Positions 43,999 through 59,200 of a stretch of 64,000 nucleotides of DNA are shown one piece after another. The stretch comes from the human T2T-CHM13v2.0 reference genome, Homo sapiens, in NCBI RefSeq assembly GCF_009914755.1, contig NC_060926.1, one strand, 5' to 3'. Every line of letters starts with the position of its first letter. Position 1 is the stretch's first letter. The translations under genes and the position numbers were made by a program. The notes below the pieces were generated by a model, which worked only from the letters and a program-made list of their open reading frames with translations, was not told where the DNA came from and did not search any database.

Positions 43999-44848
43999 TT
44001 ATATTACAAAGGACAGGGAATTGCAATTAATATGCTATAGATCCAATCTAGAATGTCCCTCTTAATCTGTATTTCTCTTTGATTTCCATTTTATTCCTTA
44101 CATACACGGTATAGTAAAGACAAAAGTACTAATCATAGCAAATAAAGGGGAAGCCGTGCAGTTGGAAACAGCCATGCCTGGTGCAAATGCTGCCATTGTT
44201 TAATTGTTGATGATGCTGCATAAGAATCCTTAAGGTAGAAGCAATCTTGACCTTTTTTATTTTTGCAGGCCCCTGCCAGTGCCCTTCTCCAGACTATATT
44301 CTTAAAAATTAAAGTGCTTTGGTTTGTAGAGTTGACTGTATGTATCTCCAAAATGAATATGCAGCAGTGATTTTTTTTTTCCTCCCTGATCTCTTTCCTG
44401 CTTTGGTAATTCTGTGAGGGTGTAATCATATTGGGGCTGTCCTTGGCAGGTTAGGTGACATACAAGAACATGCGGTTCCACAGCAGTCCTGTCATTCTCG
44501 GGTAAGAACATCAAAGTGAGTTGCAGCACTTCTGCATTCATACACGTAAATCTTAATCTGGAAGGAAGATAGAATCTACCATAGTGAATTTCTCCAGAAG
44601 TTTTACGCTTGAGTGCACCCAGATCTGTAGGCGTTGACCCAATCCAGTTGCCCTAGGGAAATTCTAGACCCAGGAGATCCTAACCGGGCTGTAATTTCCC
44701 AGATCACTTCTAACCTGAAGCAGACGTACCAATGACTCCTTACCTTGCAGAGCCTATGCTTAGGATGCCAAGTGAATTTTTCATTTGAATTGCTTCAGTG
44801 ATTATAAAACATGAAACATAGCTTTGCAGATTTCTAACCCTTTTTGTG

Positions 44849-44881
<33 letters not shown>

Positions 44882-45000
44882 GGAGTCCTCAAGTTTTATA
44901 TGCGTCTTAGCCCTCAGCCCCTTCCAAAACCAGTGAGAAAGATGAAATCCTTTATAGAGAAGATTTTCTGTTGCATAAAGCATGTTATTTGCTTTTCAAA

Positions 45001-45092
45001 GTGTGTGTGTCTATATATATATACTTTATATATATACATATATATGTATATATATGTGTCTATATACTTTATATATATACACACACATATAT
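45001..45092. repeat. Degenerate (TA)n/(TG)n low-complexity tract
   Basis: Directly visible. Confidence 0.9.
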
Positions 45093-46779
45093 GAAACAAG
45101 GGACATTTTTACACTGACTTTTAAAATCTTGTTATTAGGATTTTTTAAAGAAGTTAAGGCTAATGCTGGCCCTGGTGATAAATACGTAAAGAGATTGGTG
45201 CCTTGTCTCATGATGTGAGTTTCTTTCTTGTGCCTTTTTAGGGGAACTTATTCATTCTGTTAGAGTTGAGGTTGCAAACTGTAGGCTTTCATGCTAAAGC
45301 CAACCTACAGGCTTATGAGTTCAGTCTGACAGTGATGACCCTACTTAAACAATTTGGACATGATGCATAAAAAATACACATCTGATTTGCTTGGAAACTG
45401 AAAATATTTGAGAACACTAGGCCCCTGTTCCTGCAGAGTGTCAGCTGCTGGAGCCAAGCAGCCCCTATTGCTTTAGTCCAAAGATGTCCTCTCTAGTTTG
45501 TCACAGTCCACACCATTCCCTTTGCGTGACACACAGCCCAGCCTGCTCATTTATGATACCTGCCAGACCTCCTTGCCATTTGAGTTTCTGCTGAAATTAC
45601 AATTATATAAAGCCCTTTAAAACACCTGTACTATCCATACACAAACTAGGTTCCATTTTCTGTCAGTTCGTTTATTCACATATACATGCAATGAGGTACC
45701 TTATTTAGAGGCTGCTATTACACAAGTTCTATGTGCTAGATTCATGTGTCACCTTCAGATAGTTGCCTCTTAGGCATATCATAAAACTCAGTAGATCATT
45801 TAGACCTGTTTTCCGAAGAGAAATGGAAAGATGCCAGAATCTAACCATGTTTTCTCTCCAGAATATGAGGCTTTTGATAAACTGCCTTGGGAATGCAATT
45901 AGGTTGCACAACCTCTGAAACAACATATTCCTCATAACATATAATATAAATTTTTCTAATGTAGTATAAGACATTTCTACCCTTTTTCTGTATTTTTTTG
46001 TGGACAAAAGAAAACAAAAACCATTTTGTTTCTTTAAAAAATATTTTTCTAGTTTGTATTTTGTACATGCCTTTGTAAAGATATATTTTTTAAAGCTCAT
46101 TTAGTGATAGAACCCGAGATGATTTTTATTTTTTTATTTTTTTTTAGTAAGTTGCAGTAGAGTCCTTTTGTAAGCTAGAGAGGTTACACATCTTCCAAAG
46201 ATATCCAATGTATACCATATCTTCAAAGAAGAATCTAACTTGATAAAAAAATTTTTTAAAAGATAAAGGAAATTAGGTTTGGAGAGAGACAAGGAATAAG
46301 GTGGTTCTCAGGATAAGTGTGACTCTGCATCCCTCAATCATATTCCCTCCTTGCCAGAGACTCTCCTGGGTGACAGCCATGGAGGGAAAGCATTAGTAAG
46401 ATGTTTCCACCATAAATAGACTGATAGTCACTGTGGAAAGCAAAATAGATCTGTTGAATGCTGTCCTTTTATTTACCAAACCAGGGACAGGTTTTCTCTT
46501 TGGCAGGTCTCAGGGCCAGTGGTGAAGTTGTGGGGAGAAGGCAGTAAATCCCAGGCTTTTAGGGAATGCAAACTCGTTGATTATATGGAAAGATGGGTCA
46601 AGGATCTGTTACTATCCTGTTGATAGGGAAGAGTTCACAGGGAATTTTTAGATGTGGTTACCTTTTGGTGAGATTGTAGGTGATTTAAATGTTCTTCTTT
46701 AAAAAATGTTCTTTGTAATAATTTTCACATTTTGTACAACATAACTATAATAATTTCCACAGTTTATCTTATATACCTA

Positions 46780-47500
46780 TATGACTTTCACTGAGATATA
46801 ATTAACATACCATCAGATTCATCCAATTTATTTATAATCCAGTGCCTATTTAGCCTATTCACAGGGCTGTACAATCCTTACCACAATTTAGGACACAGCG
46901 TCACCCCCCCAGAAAAAAGTCCTGTACCCATTGGCAGTCCCTCCCATTTATCCCACCCTCAGCCCTAGGCAACCACTAACCTGCTTTCTATCTCAATAGT
47001 TTAGCCTGTTCAGGATGTTTTGTATGAATGGAATCACACAACATGTGGTCTTCTATAACGGGTTTTTATCGTTTAACATGTTTTCAAGTTCACGTTGTAA
47101 CATGTGTTGGTAATTTATTGGTTTTTATGGTTTCATAATATTCCATTGTTTGGATATACCACATTTTGTTTATCGATTAATGGACATTGGCTTCTTTCTA
47201 CTTTTTGGTTGTTATTAATGATGTTACTCTGAACATCTGTGTAAAGATTTTTATGTGGACGTATATTTTCATTTCTCTTAACTGTATATCTAGAAGCGGA
47301 ATCGCTGGGTCATATGATAATGCTGTGTTTATCATTTTGAGTAAAAGTCACACTTTTTAAAGTGGCCACCCTTTTTTACATTACCACCAGCAATGGATGA
47401 GGGTTTTAATTTCTCCATATCCTTCCCAACTTTTGTTACTGTATTTCTTTTTTATTATAGCCATCTGAGTGGGTGCGAAGTGGTGTCTTATTGTGGTACC
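46780..47500 (-). mobile_element. L1M (L1MB-like) 3' region
   Basis: ttcactgagatataattaacataccat...cagccctaggcaaccactaa...atcgctgggtcatatg...accaccagcaatggatgagggtt. Confidence 0.85.
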
Positions 47501-47545
47501 TCTGTGACTTTTGAATTTAAAAATAAGTATAAAATATTTTTAAAG

Positions 47546-47849
<304 letters not shown>

Positions 47850-47982
47850 TTAAAGAACCAATGAAATGAAGGAAAAGGAAATCGGTAAGTGAGCCTTTTT
47901 TATGAAATTGAAAGCACATGTCTGCAGTTAAACTGAGAAAAAAGTTTGGAGCCCATCTAACCCCTTGACAATTTCATTTCAG

Positions 47983-48093
47983 GTGGCTTCTATGCAGTTT
48001 ATTAATATTGTAGTCCATTCAGTAGAAGATATGAATTTCAGAGTTCACCTGCAGTATGAATTTACCAAATTAGGCCTGGACGAATACTTGGAC
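47983..48093 (+). CDS. FMNL2: FMNL2 coding exon (111 bp), FH3 region
   Basis: tttcag|GTG GCT...; [37 protein letters not shown]; donor GAC|gtgagt; phase 0/0. Confidence 0.96.
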
Positions 48094-48732
48094 GTGAGTA
48101 TAGCTGTGACCTTTGGCTCCAATATAAGAATTGACTTATTATTGCCTGCCCTCAAAGGTATGCTTCCATAGCAGCTAAAGAATGCCTAAAGCTCTATGCA
48201 GTCAACTACTGTAGTGCTAGTTAAAGGGAACTGAGCTGAGTGATGTACTCTGCCAGAGATGCTGGATTCTTGCAGGGCTCCTGGGATCTCAGGTCATCTT
48301 CTGCTAGCAGCCTTTTAGTACGGGAGTCAGATAACCTCTTGCAGCCTTGCTGCAGCTTTCCTCTCCTTTTGAGCTTCGTCTGGGTCAAGTCTCATTGCAT
48401 CCTTCATCTGGGCTATTGGGCAATTTGTGTTCTTGGTTACTCCGGGGACCCCATCTGGGCAGAGAAAGTCAAGCCAAGACTGTAGAGTGATGAGTCAGTG
48501 CTTAGAGCATAAAAAAAAAATAATGAGGAAATGGACACCAGAGACTTCCTCCTGAAGCTGCTAAATTCTGCTTCAAGTGTTTGTGGCTTTAGAAGTTCCA
48601 CTTTTAGTTCTTAGGAGAAGGAGGTTTAAAGTTTCCCTTTTTCTCACTCCCTTGCAGAAGAGTTTAGCCAGTTCCCTGAAGTTCTTCAGTTAAGAAACAG
48701 AAACTTGTGAAAATCAGAAATGGTCTTGAAAA

Positions 48733-49020
48733 GGCTGATGGCTCACACCTGTAATTCCAGCACTTTGGGAGGCTGAGGTGGAGGATCACTTGAGCCTAGG
48801 AGTTCAAGACCAGGCTAGGCAACATAGTGAGACCCCATCTATACAAAACACCAAAAAATTAGCCAGGTGTGGTGGTATGTGCCCGTGGCCCCAGCTGCTT
48901 GGGAAGCTGAAGTGGGGGGATCATTGGAGTCCAGGATTTCTAGGCTGCAACAAGCTGTGATTGCACCACTGCACTCCAGCTTGGGTGGCAGAGCGAGACC
49001 CTGTGTCTAAAACGGAAAAG
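48733..49020 (+). mobile_element. Alu (AluJ-like)
   Basis: Diverged dimeric consensus. Confidence 0.9.
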
Positions 49021-49112
49021 AAGTGGACCTGAGGACCCAGGCAGTTTTGTTTTCCCTTTTGTATAGGAATGGTCTAGTGATAGAGCAAGAATTGTTGACC
49101 TCAATTTCCTTC

Positions 49113-49347
49113 CTTTTTTTTGAGACAGGGTTTCACTTTGTCAACCAGGCTGGAGTGCAGTGGTGCAATCTTGGCTCACTGCAACCTCTGCTTCCTGGGT
49201 TCAAGCGATTCTCATGCCTCAGCCTCCTGAATAGCTGGGATTACAGGCACTATGCCTGGCTAATTTTTGTATTTTTAGTAGAGACTGGGTTTCACCATGT
49301 TGGCTAGGCTAGTCTCATACTCCTGCCTCAAGTAATGCACCCAGCCG
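49113..49347 (-). mobile_element. Alu, 5'-truncated
   Basis: Reverse consensus tttgagacagggtttcact...ctcctgcctcaagt. Confidence 0.9.
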
Positions 49348-50950
49348 GTGACCTGAATTTCAAGCCTGTTTCCAGCTGTGAAGAATATAGAAGTACTTCC
49401 TTTGGGCATCTCAGGAATTCAGTTGCCCATCTTTGTTAGAGATAAACCCAAGGGATTGCACAGACTGTACCCTCAGTTTATTAGGAGACGGAATCACAGA
49501 GGTGGTTACTCTCAACCTGAAGGCCTTGCTCCCTAGACTGGCTGGGCTGCCCTTGAATAGATGGGCCTACTGTTGTCTAAAGACTACTCAGGGAGAGGCG
49601 TAATAGATTTCCATTAAAATGTTGTTTGAATTGCTTTCCTTTTTATTTAAAGGCTCATTTATATCACTGGCAGAATATTGTACAGAAAGACTCTTTCTTA
49701 CTTTGAGATCAAGGTTTGTCTATCCCTTTTTCTCCTATGCTCTAAAAGTATCAGTATTTGAACAAAAATTGGATGTATAAATTCCTAGCGGTGTTTTGGG
49801 TTTGGTTTTGTGGTGTCTGAGCAGAGCTTGTTTATGCTGTAGAATATAACGGCAGGTACCCACTTATCACTGAACACCTGTTATTCATTGTGAATCTCAT
49901 GAAAAATCCCATTAAGCTGCTTCTCCTTTTGTTCTAGCCTTTGCCCTTATTTAGAAGCCATTCTCACTTGTGACTCATAAATGAAAACAGAACACTCTCT
50001 CTTCAGAATAAGCTGTATTGTAGAATTCCAGATTAAACCTAGGGGAAAATCCATTTTTCTGAAAATTTATGTAGAGTGGAATTTCTCTTAAAAATGTAAG
50101 ATTTTTTGTCAAAACTCTGTATTTCTTTAACTTCATCATGTGTTGACTCTGGAACCTAATAGAGGTGGTTAGAAGAGTAATGTAAATGTATGCTATATAA
50201 ATGCTTCACTAGTTTACAAAAACCCAGCCTTGTAAGTAGCCATTGATTTGTTCAATAAATGTTGATTGGCATCATCCATGCACCAGGTATTATTCTAATC
50301 ACTCATCTGTTCCCCAGGGAAAGTCATGACTTATGTTACTTGTAGGGAAGATTCACTGATTTATTTGACCTCTAATTTCCAGAGCTAGCTGAGTCCCTGC
50401 AGGATGCCTAGTTTGGGAGGCAGTGAATTGGGGACAGCTTTCTGATCTGCCTTGGGGAGCCCTGAGCTGTTCATGCTGTATACTGACTTAGGGAGGGATG
50501 TGTGGAGGTTGGGCTCTAGCAATTTGTGCTAAAATAATCCCCAAGGCTAAGTATAAACTCTGTCAGTGTCTGCCCCACCTCTCGCCTAACCTTCTTCCCC
50601 TACTGGAACCACTGTAACTAACCAGGTAAGATACCAAACACTCCAGTCTTTTCCACTACACAGATACCCCTCAGGTTTTATGTGGCCATGACTATAACCT
50701 GTTAAAGCTGCTTTTAATTTTTCTGTTGTCCCAATTTCATGTATATCAAAATGTTTTACATAGGAATATAACTACATGGGGCAGTAAGGATTTGGGGGAA
50801 AATGTGTGTGCATTTGGGAGAGCGTATTCACCCGAAAGTCATCTGATGATACTGCTTAGGCAGTCACTCCATAATTCTCTTAAGGAAGATGACATGTTAA
50901 GCTCTCTCGGAAAGGGCTGGACTATTTGTCGAAAAGAAAACACATAGACT

Positions 50951-51493
<543 letters not shown>

Positions 51494-52792
51494 GTAACTA
51501 TATCTCAGAAAAGGAAAAATTGCTTACATTTCAGCTGGTTGCAAAGCAGAATTAATGTCAGCTTTTATGGTGGTAAATTTAAGGATTTGGAGTATAGGAA
51601 TAGGCCATACCCTGCAAGAGAGAGCTATCAGAAGCTGTTCTGTGTTTTTTCCAAAAAGCAGATGTGTTATGTAAAATGAAATAGAATCTGTTGCTTTGCT
51701 TTAGCTCACTTACCTGCTCAGTTTCTGCTGAGGTGCATTTCCTGGCAGTCTTGCTTACAGGCTCAAGCAGAGTGGGGGTGTTTGATGATTGGCATTACGT
51801 AAATGATTAGAGGGAAATTAAATATGAGAATTTGGCCTGAGGCGAAGAGGTATCTTCTTATCAACTATGTCCACACAAACCCATGGACAGGATTAGCTGG
51901 TGTCTCTGTGATGCATGTCTGAACATTCCTGTCTTACGGTACTCAAATTCTTAATAGAGTCATTTCAACAATAGGCATTTTCAAGGACATCGGTGTGCTT
52001 TCTCATATATCCTGTTCTTTGAAGAATGTCCTCAGTATCGTTGTCAGCTCTATCACAGGACAGGGTCTCATTTTTCTTTGAGGGATTTTTCTTGCCATAG
52101 ACTGATTTGAATATGACTCTAAGGGCCTTTAGAGATTATTTGTTCATTCATTAACCACATATTTCAGTAGTAAAAGAATTAACAGAAAAATGGTGCTTCT
52201 CAAAAACCCAAGCATTATGAAGACCAAATTCTTTTGGTGAGTCTGGTGAGCACTTTCCTTGATTATGAAATGAAGTGTCTCCTTTTGGAGGATTATTATT
52301 TTCTCCTTTGAACAGTTCATTTATTTTTCTCCACATGTTTTTTAAAGAGTGCTGCATATGCTCAGTTTCCTTCACCTTTCCCCATCACTGTGAAAATGGG
52401 TCTCTTCATGGCTGTGGGTAAGCCAAGTTGGTGAGCCAAAAACCCTCCCTTTAAAAGTGCCGCTATGACCCAGCTGGCATCCGCTTAAAAAGAGAATTTT
52501 ACAGGCCCAGTATATCTTCCCTTAGAAGATTTGTGTTATATGCTGAACCCAATCAGTGTAAATCTCCACTCTTCCTCCTTACCTTGCCTCCCTGGTTTTC
52601 TTTACTTGTAATGAATTTAAAGGAGATGTTAGAAATCAGAAGTTGCTCAGTGTTAGAGCCCTATGTGAAAAGCAGCTGTTTAACACATGGCTCACCCTGT
52701 CTTTCTCCTGAAGCCTCAGCCAACATTGCATGACCATACTTACATGTCCACTTTTGTAGCAGCAATCTATTTGAATGGCCTCCCCCAAATAA

Positions 52793-53110
<318 letters not shown>

Positions 53111-53584
53111 AACCAACTTTTATTACTTGCATAGTTTGGTCAAACCAAGCAGTAGTTGTTTTTCAACTGGCTACCTAGATTGAAAGAACCAAGTTTACTG
53201 TGTTACCAATTTTCAAAAGCTTTAGGCTGATGGCCCTTTCTTGGCATGGAGTGGGGGATGGAGGTGGACTTTCCCTCCTCTTTCTCCTTACTTTCCTCTA
53301 CCCTTGCTAGCCCCTGCAGAAATGGAGGGAGGCACACTGTGTATGTTGAACACTAAGGAGCAGACATGTGGGTCTTATTAAGAATCATGTCTAAGTTATC
53401 AATTCCTGGTAGAAACAAATATGTATTCAGAACCATATTATAAACATTACCATTTCCAGAAAACAACTTGCAGAACACATGCAGGGCCCTGGTCCCTAAT
53501 CATCTTGGAGCTGCACTTTCTGAGAACTGAGGGCTGATCAAGATGATCCTGTATTGTGACAGCTTTCTTTTCAAAATTTTACAG

Positions 53585-53686
53585 TTATCTGAAAAACTGC
53601 AAGACACAGAGAATGAAGCCATGTCCAAGATTGTGGAACTGGAAAAGCAACTCATGCAGAGGAACAAGGAGCTGGATGTCGTTCGG
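53585..53686 (+). CDS. FMNL2: FMNL2 coding exon (102 bp), coiled coil
   Basis: ttttacag|TTA TCT...; [34 protein letters not shown]; donor CGG|gtaagt; phase 0/0. Confidence 0.96.
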
Positions 53687-55339
53687 GTAAGTGTAATGAT
53701 GACAACTGCCCAGATGGGCACGGTAGGGAATGTACTCCAGCTTTCGTCCAGTGGAACGCAGAGTACCTTCATTTCAGAGGAATGCATTGATGCAGCATAT
53801 TTATTGGAAACCTTTGAGAGGTGATGCTCAGTTGAAAACTACACATAGTCGGCGTTATGTATACACATGTGTGTGCAATCAGATACTGGGGGTTCAGTAT
53901 TTCCTTATCACAGATTTTGGGAGCAACAGTGTTTTCCCATCTGGAGGAGGCTGAGTTAATTCTGTGGAACACCCATTTGGTTGGAAATAAAAACACAGCA
54001 TGGATTTAATTCATGCCACTTATTTATTTTTATTAGGACTTGAGCTTCTTTGTATTTTTTTGCTTTGCTTCCACTCAAAACCAGATTTGGTGGTTGCTGT
54101 GTAAACAGTGAAATACAACACAGGCTAGGCTTAATGGCATTCACCAAAAAAAGGGAGGGGATGTGCAAAGCAAACCCAATCCATTTTATTATCAGCTAAT
54201 CCCAGCTATTTTATTTGGCCTTAGTATTGTTTACCTTATGTGCCAGGTATTTATGGAGTGCCATCCCTGTGCTTGGAATTGTGCTGAACATAAGAACACC
54301 AAAATGCCTGGAGAGCTTTAAGGCAAATGGCTTGCCTTTACACCACTGCTAATGAAATTGCACCTTTTATGTGATGGTTATCGTGTCTGTGTGTGTCTGA
54401 TATCCTGACATGTCCTACAGTTCAGTCCAGGAAATATATTTTCTGGCACGCCTTCGAGACAGAGTTGTAGCATATGGACTCAATTCAACTTCAGACTCTT
54501 AGATTATTAGTAATAGACAGGGTGTGAAGAATGTTTCCCTGCTTGCTGGAGGTTTGTGGTGAGAGATCGCTTGTACAAGGCCCAGCAAGGAAGTTCAGTT
54601 CCATAAAACCCTTTCACTAGAACCTCTATGGGCCCCCCCCTTATAAAAGGAACCAGGACAGTCTTTGAATTGAAAATTGTAACTTCTTTGTTTTCTGCTA
54701 AAAAGCTAGACAGAAATAAGTAATTAGTGAAGGGAAGCTTTGGCCTGTTTTGTTAACCGCATTACCGATGGGAAAATGTTACAACAATCGCTATCCTGAG
54801 CTTGGTCAAGGGGGCGTTGTGAGGGCCAGAGAAAGCCATTCAGAAACAGTCAGCCCCTGGTTACTCATGAGTAGATTATTCCATGCTTTGCAGATTTTTA
54901 ATCCCAGTCTGATTTGTATCCAAGTCTGATTTAGGGCCCTTTTGTCTATTGTTAGCTGATATGTGTATCTAAGAGTTACAAATGAATGTTAAAATAAAAG
55001 GAAGGAAAACATGCACCACCAGAACACCCTCAGGAGATTCCAGAGTCAGCATTCCGGGTCATTTCTGCTCTGTTTCTTTCCACCTGCAGGGAAAATTGAG
55101 TTAGCTGCATTTATTAAATGGAAAGAACTTCATTACCAACAACAATAGCTAGAATATATTACATGCATTACTAGCATACAACTAATAATTAATGGGACTT
55201 TATAGGTTCTAGCTGAATTCCAAAGAATTCCCATTCATATGAGTATCTTTTTTTCTCTTTATCCTCAGTTTGCCAATCTGATGCTACTAAGTATGAATGT
55301 TATGTGAAGATAAACTCTTGACCTTGGACTTTATTGCAG

Positions 55340-55652
55340 GAAATCTACAAAGATGCAAATACTCAAGTTCACACATTAAGAAAAATGGTCAAAGAAAAAG
55401 AAGAAGCAATTCAAAGACAGTCTACCCTGGAAAAAAAGATTCATGAGCTAGAGAAACAAGGGACCATTAAAATTCAGAAGAAAGGGGATGGGGATATCGC
55501 CATACTGCCAGTTGTGGCTTCTGGCACATTGTCCATGGGGTCAGAAGTGGTAGCAGGTAACTCTGTGGGACCCACAATGGGGGCCGCTTCCTCAGGACCC
55601 TTGCCCCCTCCTCCACCACCACTGCCTCCCTCATCAGACACACCTGAAACAG
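55340..55652 (+). CDS. FMNL2: FMNL2 coding exon (313 bp), coiled coil to start of FH1
   Basis: ttgcag|GAA ATC...; [57 protein letters not shown]...[18 protein letters not shown]; donor CAG|gtaaga; phase 0 to 1. Confidence 0.96.
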
Positions 55653-56002
55653 GTAAGAAGCCTTGGCAGGAGGACTGAGGAAGTTTTGGAATATTTGTAT
55701 TTCTTCTTTTGCCAACTGTCCACTTCTGTCCTTTGTCCGTTTTTGTTGGCATGTTCTTTAAGAATTGGTTTTCTTGAGTAGTTCTTAACTGTTTACATTT
55801 TGAGATTAAATTTATAAATCCTCATTTCACATATGTTGAAATATTTTTCCCACATGTCAATGAGGACATTTTTTGGTTTTTGAAAACAGTCCTTTGTCCT
55901 TTTAAGTGTGTTGTTTTCAGATGGCTTTATATGCACATGGCTTATTGCAGGAAAGCCATTCCCGTATTTTCAAAGTCCATCTGTTTCTTTTTTCTTTGCT
56001 AG

Positions 56003-56215
56003 TGCAAAATGGTCCAGTAACACCACCTATGCCACCGCCGCCGCCGCCACCCCCTCCTCCACCTCCTCCTCCCCCACCGCCCCCTCCGCCTCCTCCTCTC
56101 CCAGGCCCTGCAGCTGAGACTGTACCAGCTCCTCCCTTAGCACCTCCCCTTCCCTCTGCACCTCCGCTGCCTGGAACATCTTCACCCACAGTGGTTTTCA
56201 ACTCAGGATTAGCAG
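56003..56215 (+). CDS. FMNL2: FMNL2 coding exon (213 bp), FH1 poly-proline domain
   Basis: ttgctag|TG CAA AAT...; [10 protein letters not shown](P)22[39 protein letters not shown]; donor CAG|gtaaga; phase 1/1. Confidence 0.96.
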
Positions 56216-59200
56216 GTAAGAGCACAGAATTCAAACCCAGGTACTCATATCAGAAATGCTGTCTTATCTCGGAGAGTTGAAGCTATTCTTTCAAAGTCCA
56301 GGTCTCTTGCAATGATGTGTATCTCTTCCTAGTATAAGAAATTCCTGCTGATGTAGCCGATAGAGGGAACATCATCACGCATGGGAGGCACTTTGCTCTG
56401 AGTAGTCTTTGTCACAACCACACCCCACAATGGGAGGTTCTGATCTCCTACACCATCTTCCTGCCTTCCACTGGCCCCACCGAGAGAATGGAAGAGAGAC
56501 AAGCTACCTGCTTGAGGATCAGTGCATTTTTGTGGGTTCAGCAGATACTTTCTGGACACCTGTAGTATTCAAAGCTCAGTATTAGGCACAGACATTGAGT
56601 GCTTCTGGATCTTTTTTTTTTTAAATGGTATTTTTGATGTCATCTATAAAAGGGAAACATGCTTTTATGTGTAATTGCCTGACGTAGGCTTCCAGGCATG
56701 TCTTCTGAGCATTCGAGAACATCAGAATTTGCTAGAGTGGATTTAAACTTCAAGGAGGAAGTGCTGCCAACAGCCGTATTATCATGCCTTAAAATGCTGC
56801 CAAATAATTCATGTCCTCTTGCCAACCAGAAGATAGAAAACAGCATCCTCACCTCACCAGAAATAAAATGGGAGGTAGGGGTTAGAGCAGGAGGAAGAGT
56901 CACTCTAATGCCTTGAAATCTAAGCTCTTTGTTTTGACTCACGGAAACAAAGATGACGCTACGAGCCGTTTTCTCAGTCCTGAAGTGTTTCCCTGGCATC
57001 TGGAATTGCTCTAAGCTTTGCCATCCCTGTGACGTGGGGTAATTCTGCCTCCTCATTTACTTCAGCCTGTTCATGAGGTCTCTTATTTACAATAAAGAAC
57101 TACCACTCTAATAGCCTCCATTTCCAAGGCTGTGATAGTTCTCAGAGCCTTTTGCCCAAAGTCTAAAAGCCAGTCTTAGCTGTAAAGATTTCCCAATCTC
57201 CATCCCTTCCAGGATCCCATCTGCAGCTCTGCCAGCCGGTCACTGGGGCTCATTCATCCCAATGACTGGAGCCCTTTTGGATGCCCCAGAGTCACCTAGA
57301 ATAAATTCACTCCACATCAAATCCATGGTTTTACTTCCACCCCGACTTCTATATAAAACTGTCAGGGAAACAAGATTCCAGTTCACAGTAAGGTCCACAG
57401 TAAATCGGTGACTTATTTCTACCCTTCAAGATCTTCCCCGTCTACCACTTTCTTCTAGAACTTTTATTACTTCTGAAGGAGAAAAGTTGGAGCAGAGTCA
57501 TCGTGGAACTGATGGACTATGGAATATAAACAGACAAACAAGAAACCTCATATCAAGCCCCGGGAATGTGTTCCATCACCAGGCTGTTGTCAGTAACTGG
57601 GTGTGGAAACCCATTATCGTCCCGTGCACCTGGCCACCCTGATTAGGCACTCTTGGTAGCCCCCAAGGCGCACTTGCTGTGAGATGTGTCTGCTGTGGTA
57701 TCTCATTTGGGGCTGCTTCCTTTGTCTCTGACAAACGCTGATGTGTGATTTAGCACCCACTTCCACGCACCTGAGCACTAACATAGACCTCAGAACCGCC
57801 TTAGCCGAGTGAGAGCCCAGAGGCTGAGATGTATCTAGAGCTTCCTTCCAAGGGGCCATGTCCTGTGTGATTGATCTATTTATTAATTGTTTTGCTTGGG
57901 TTCTTCCCACTACTTGATTTTAAAAATGTGTTGGCTCTGTCAATTGCCTCAATATTTTAAGGTGTAGAGCTCTGTGCTTGGCTGATAACCAACTGCTTTT
58001 AGGGTTTGCTATACTTGGAAGTGGTCCCTGTTGTGGCTCATGCAATTTAGAGGACTGTAGGTGGGAATACAGGAACTCTTTATTTCCATAAGTGTCCACT
58101 AAATGATTGTGAGGGATGTCTTGGAAGCATTATAAGATCCTTGTGAGTCTTTGATAGCTCGAGATCAGGCAATTTCTCCAAGGCCTTTAATCTTTCTTTA
58201 TTATTCATCCTTATTTAGACTGTTAATTCTTAGTGATTGAAGCCCATTTGGTGAGATGTTTTGCTAGTGTGTTGAGTAACTCTCTCTCTCACTCTGGAAC
58301 CAAGAGGCCAGACAGAATCAGGATGCCCAGTAGAATGAAGAGACAGAGCTGAGCTAATATTCTGAAGCCTCCTGGGAAGTCAGAAACCTATGACATCACT
58401 TGGCCTCTGGACCCACAGGCAACACGAGGGTCTTATCTCTTCAATGGGCAGGTGTGTTCTTGGAGACCAAGACAGAAGACCAAGAGGAGAGCCCCATAGT
58501 TTATCTAGTTGAGAGTTTTCTTTGTATTTTATAGAGAAAATAGTAGTAGTGTGAAATATGCATTTGAAGAAGAAGGCTTCCTTCCTCTCAAGTCTGTGAT
58601 AGAACAACCTGGCTCCCTTTCCCCCGGTAGGTCACCTGAGACAGGCTGCTGAGCAGGTGGAACCTTTGCCGTCTGTCTGGGAGGATGTGCTCGGATCCTC
58701 ACAATGCGAATTTGGACTTTGGTTGATTGTTTTTCATGTAAAAATTATTCCTATCCTATGGAATGCCTAGCACAGTTCAGTATTGCTGTTTGGTACCACT
58801 ACGATGAAATAATTTTTTTCTTCCCTCTTCTAAAAAGGATAATTTTAAAAATGAAATAGTTGAGTCTTGGAGGCAGGCCTGAATGGAAATGAATTTTTGG
58901 CTCTGTGCCGCCTCGTGAAATGTGTCCAAGAAGCATGAAATTCTATGCTGAGTGCGTGAACTGCTGAGCCACTTGACTCTAACCATATCTAATTTTTTTT
59001 GTATTTTCTCTGTTCTTTCTGCTTCCACAAAAGATGGGCCAATCAAGCTTTTCTGTAGGTTGCTCCTCACTGAGTGTGTTGAGTATTTGCCATGTGTTTC
59101 TGTTGGTCACACTGTGCCTTGACATCTTTCCACTCCATTTTGCTTTGATCCATTGCATTTTGACTTTGTGTCTGCGGGAAGTCTTGGTGGTGGCTGATGA

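Noticed and set aside
55911-56002. Upstream alternative acceptors (ttttcag at 55920, ttgcag at 55949) for the FH1 exon
   Set aside because: Extensions of 82 and 53 nt shift the frame; no supporting evidence from sequence alone.
55917-56234. Poly-Gly ORF on the - strand
   Set aside because: Antisense shadow of the poly-Pro FH1 exon.
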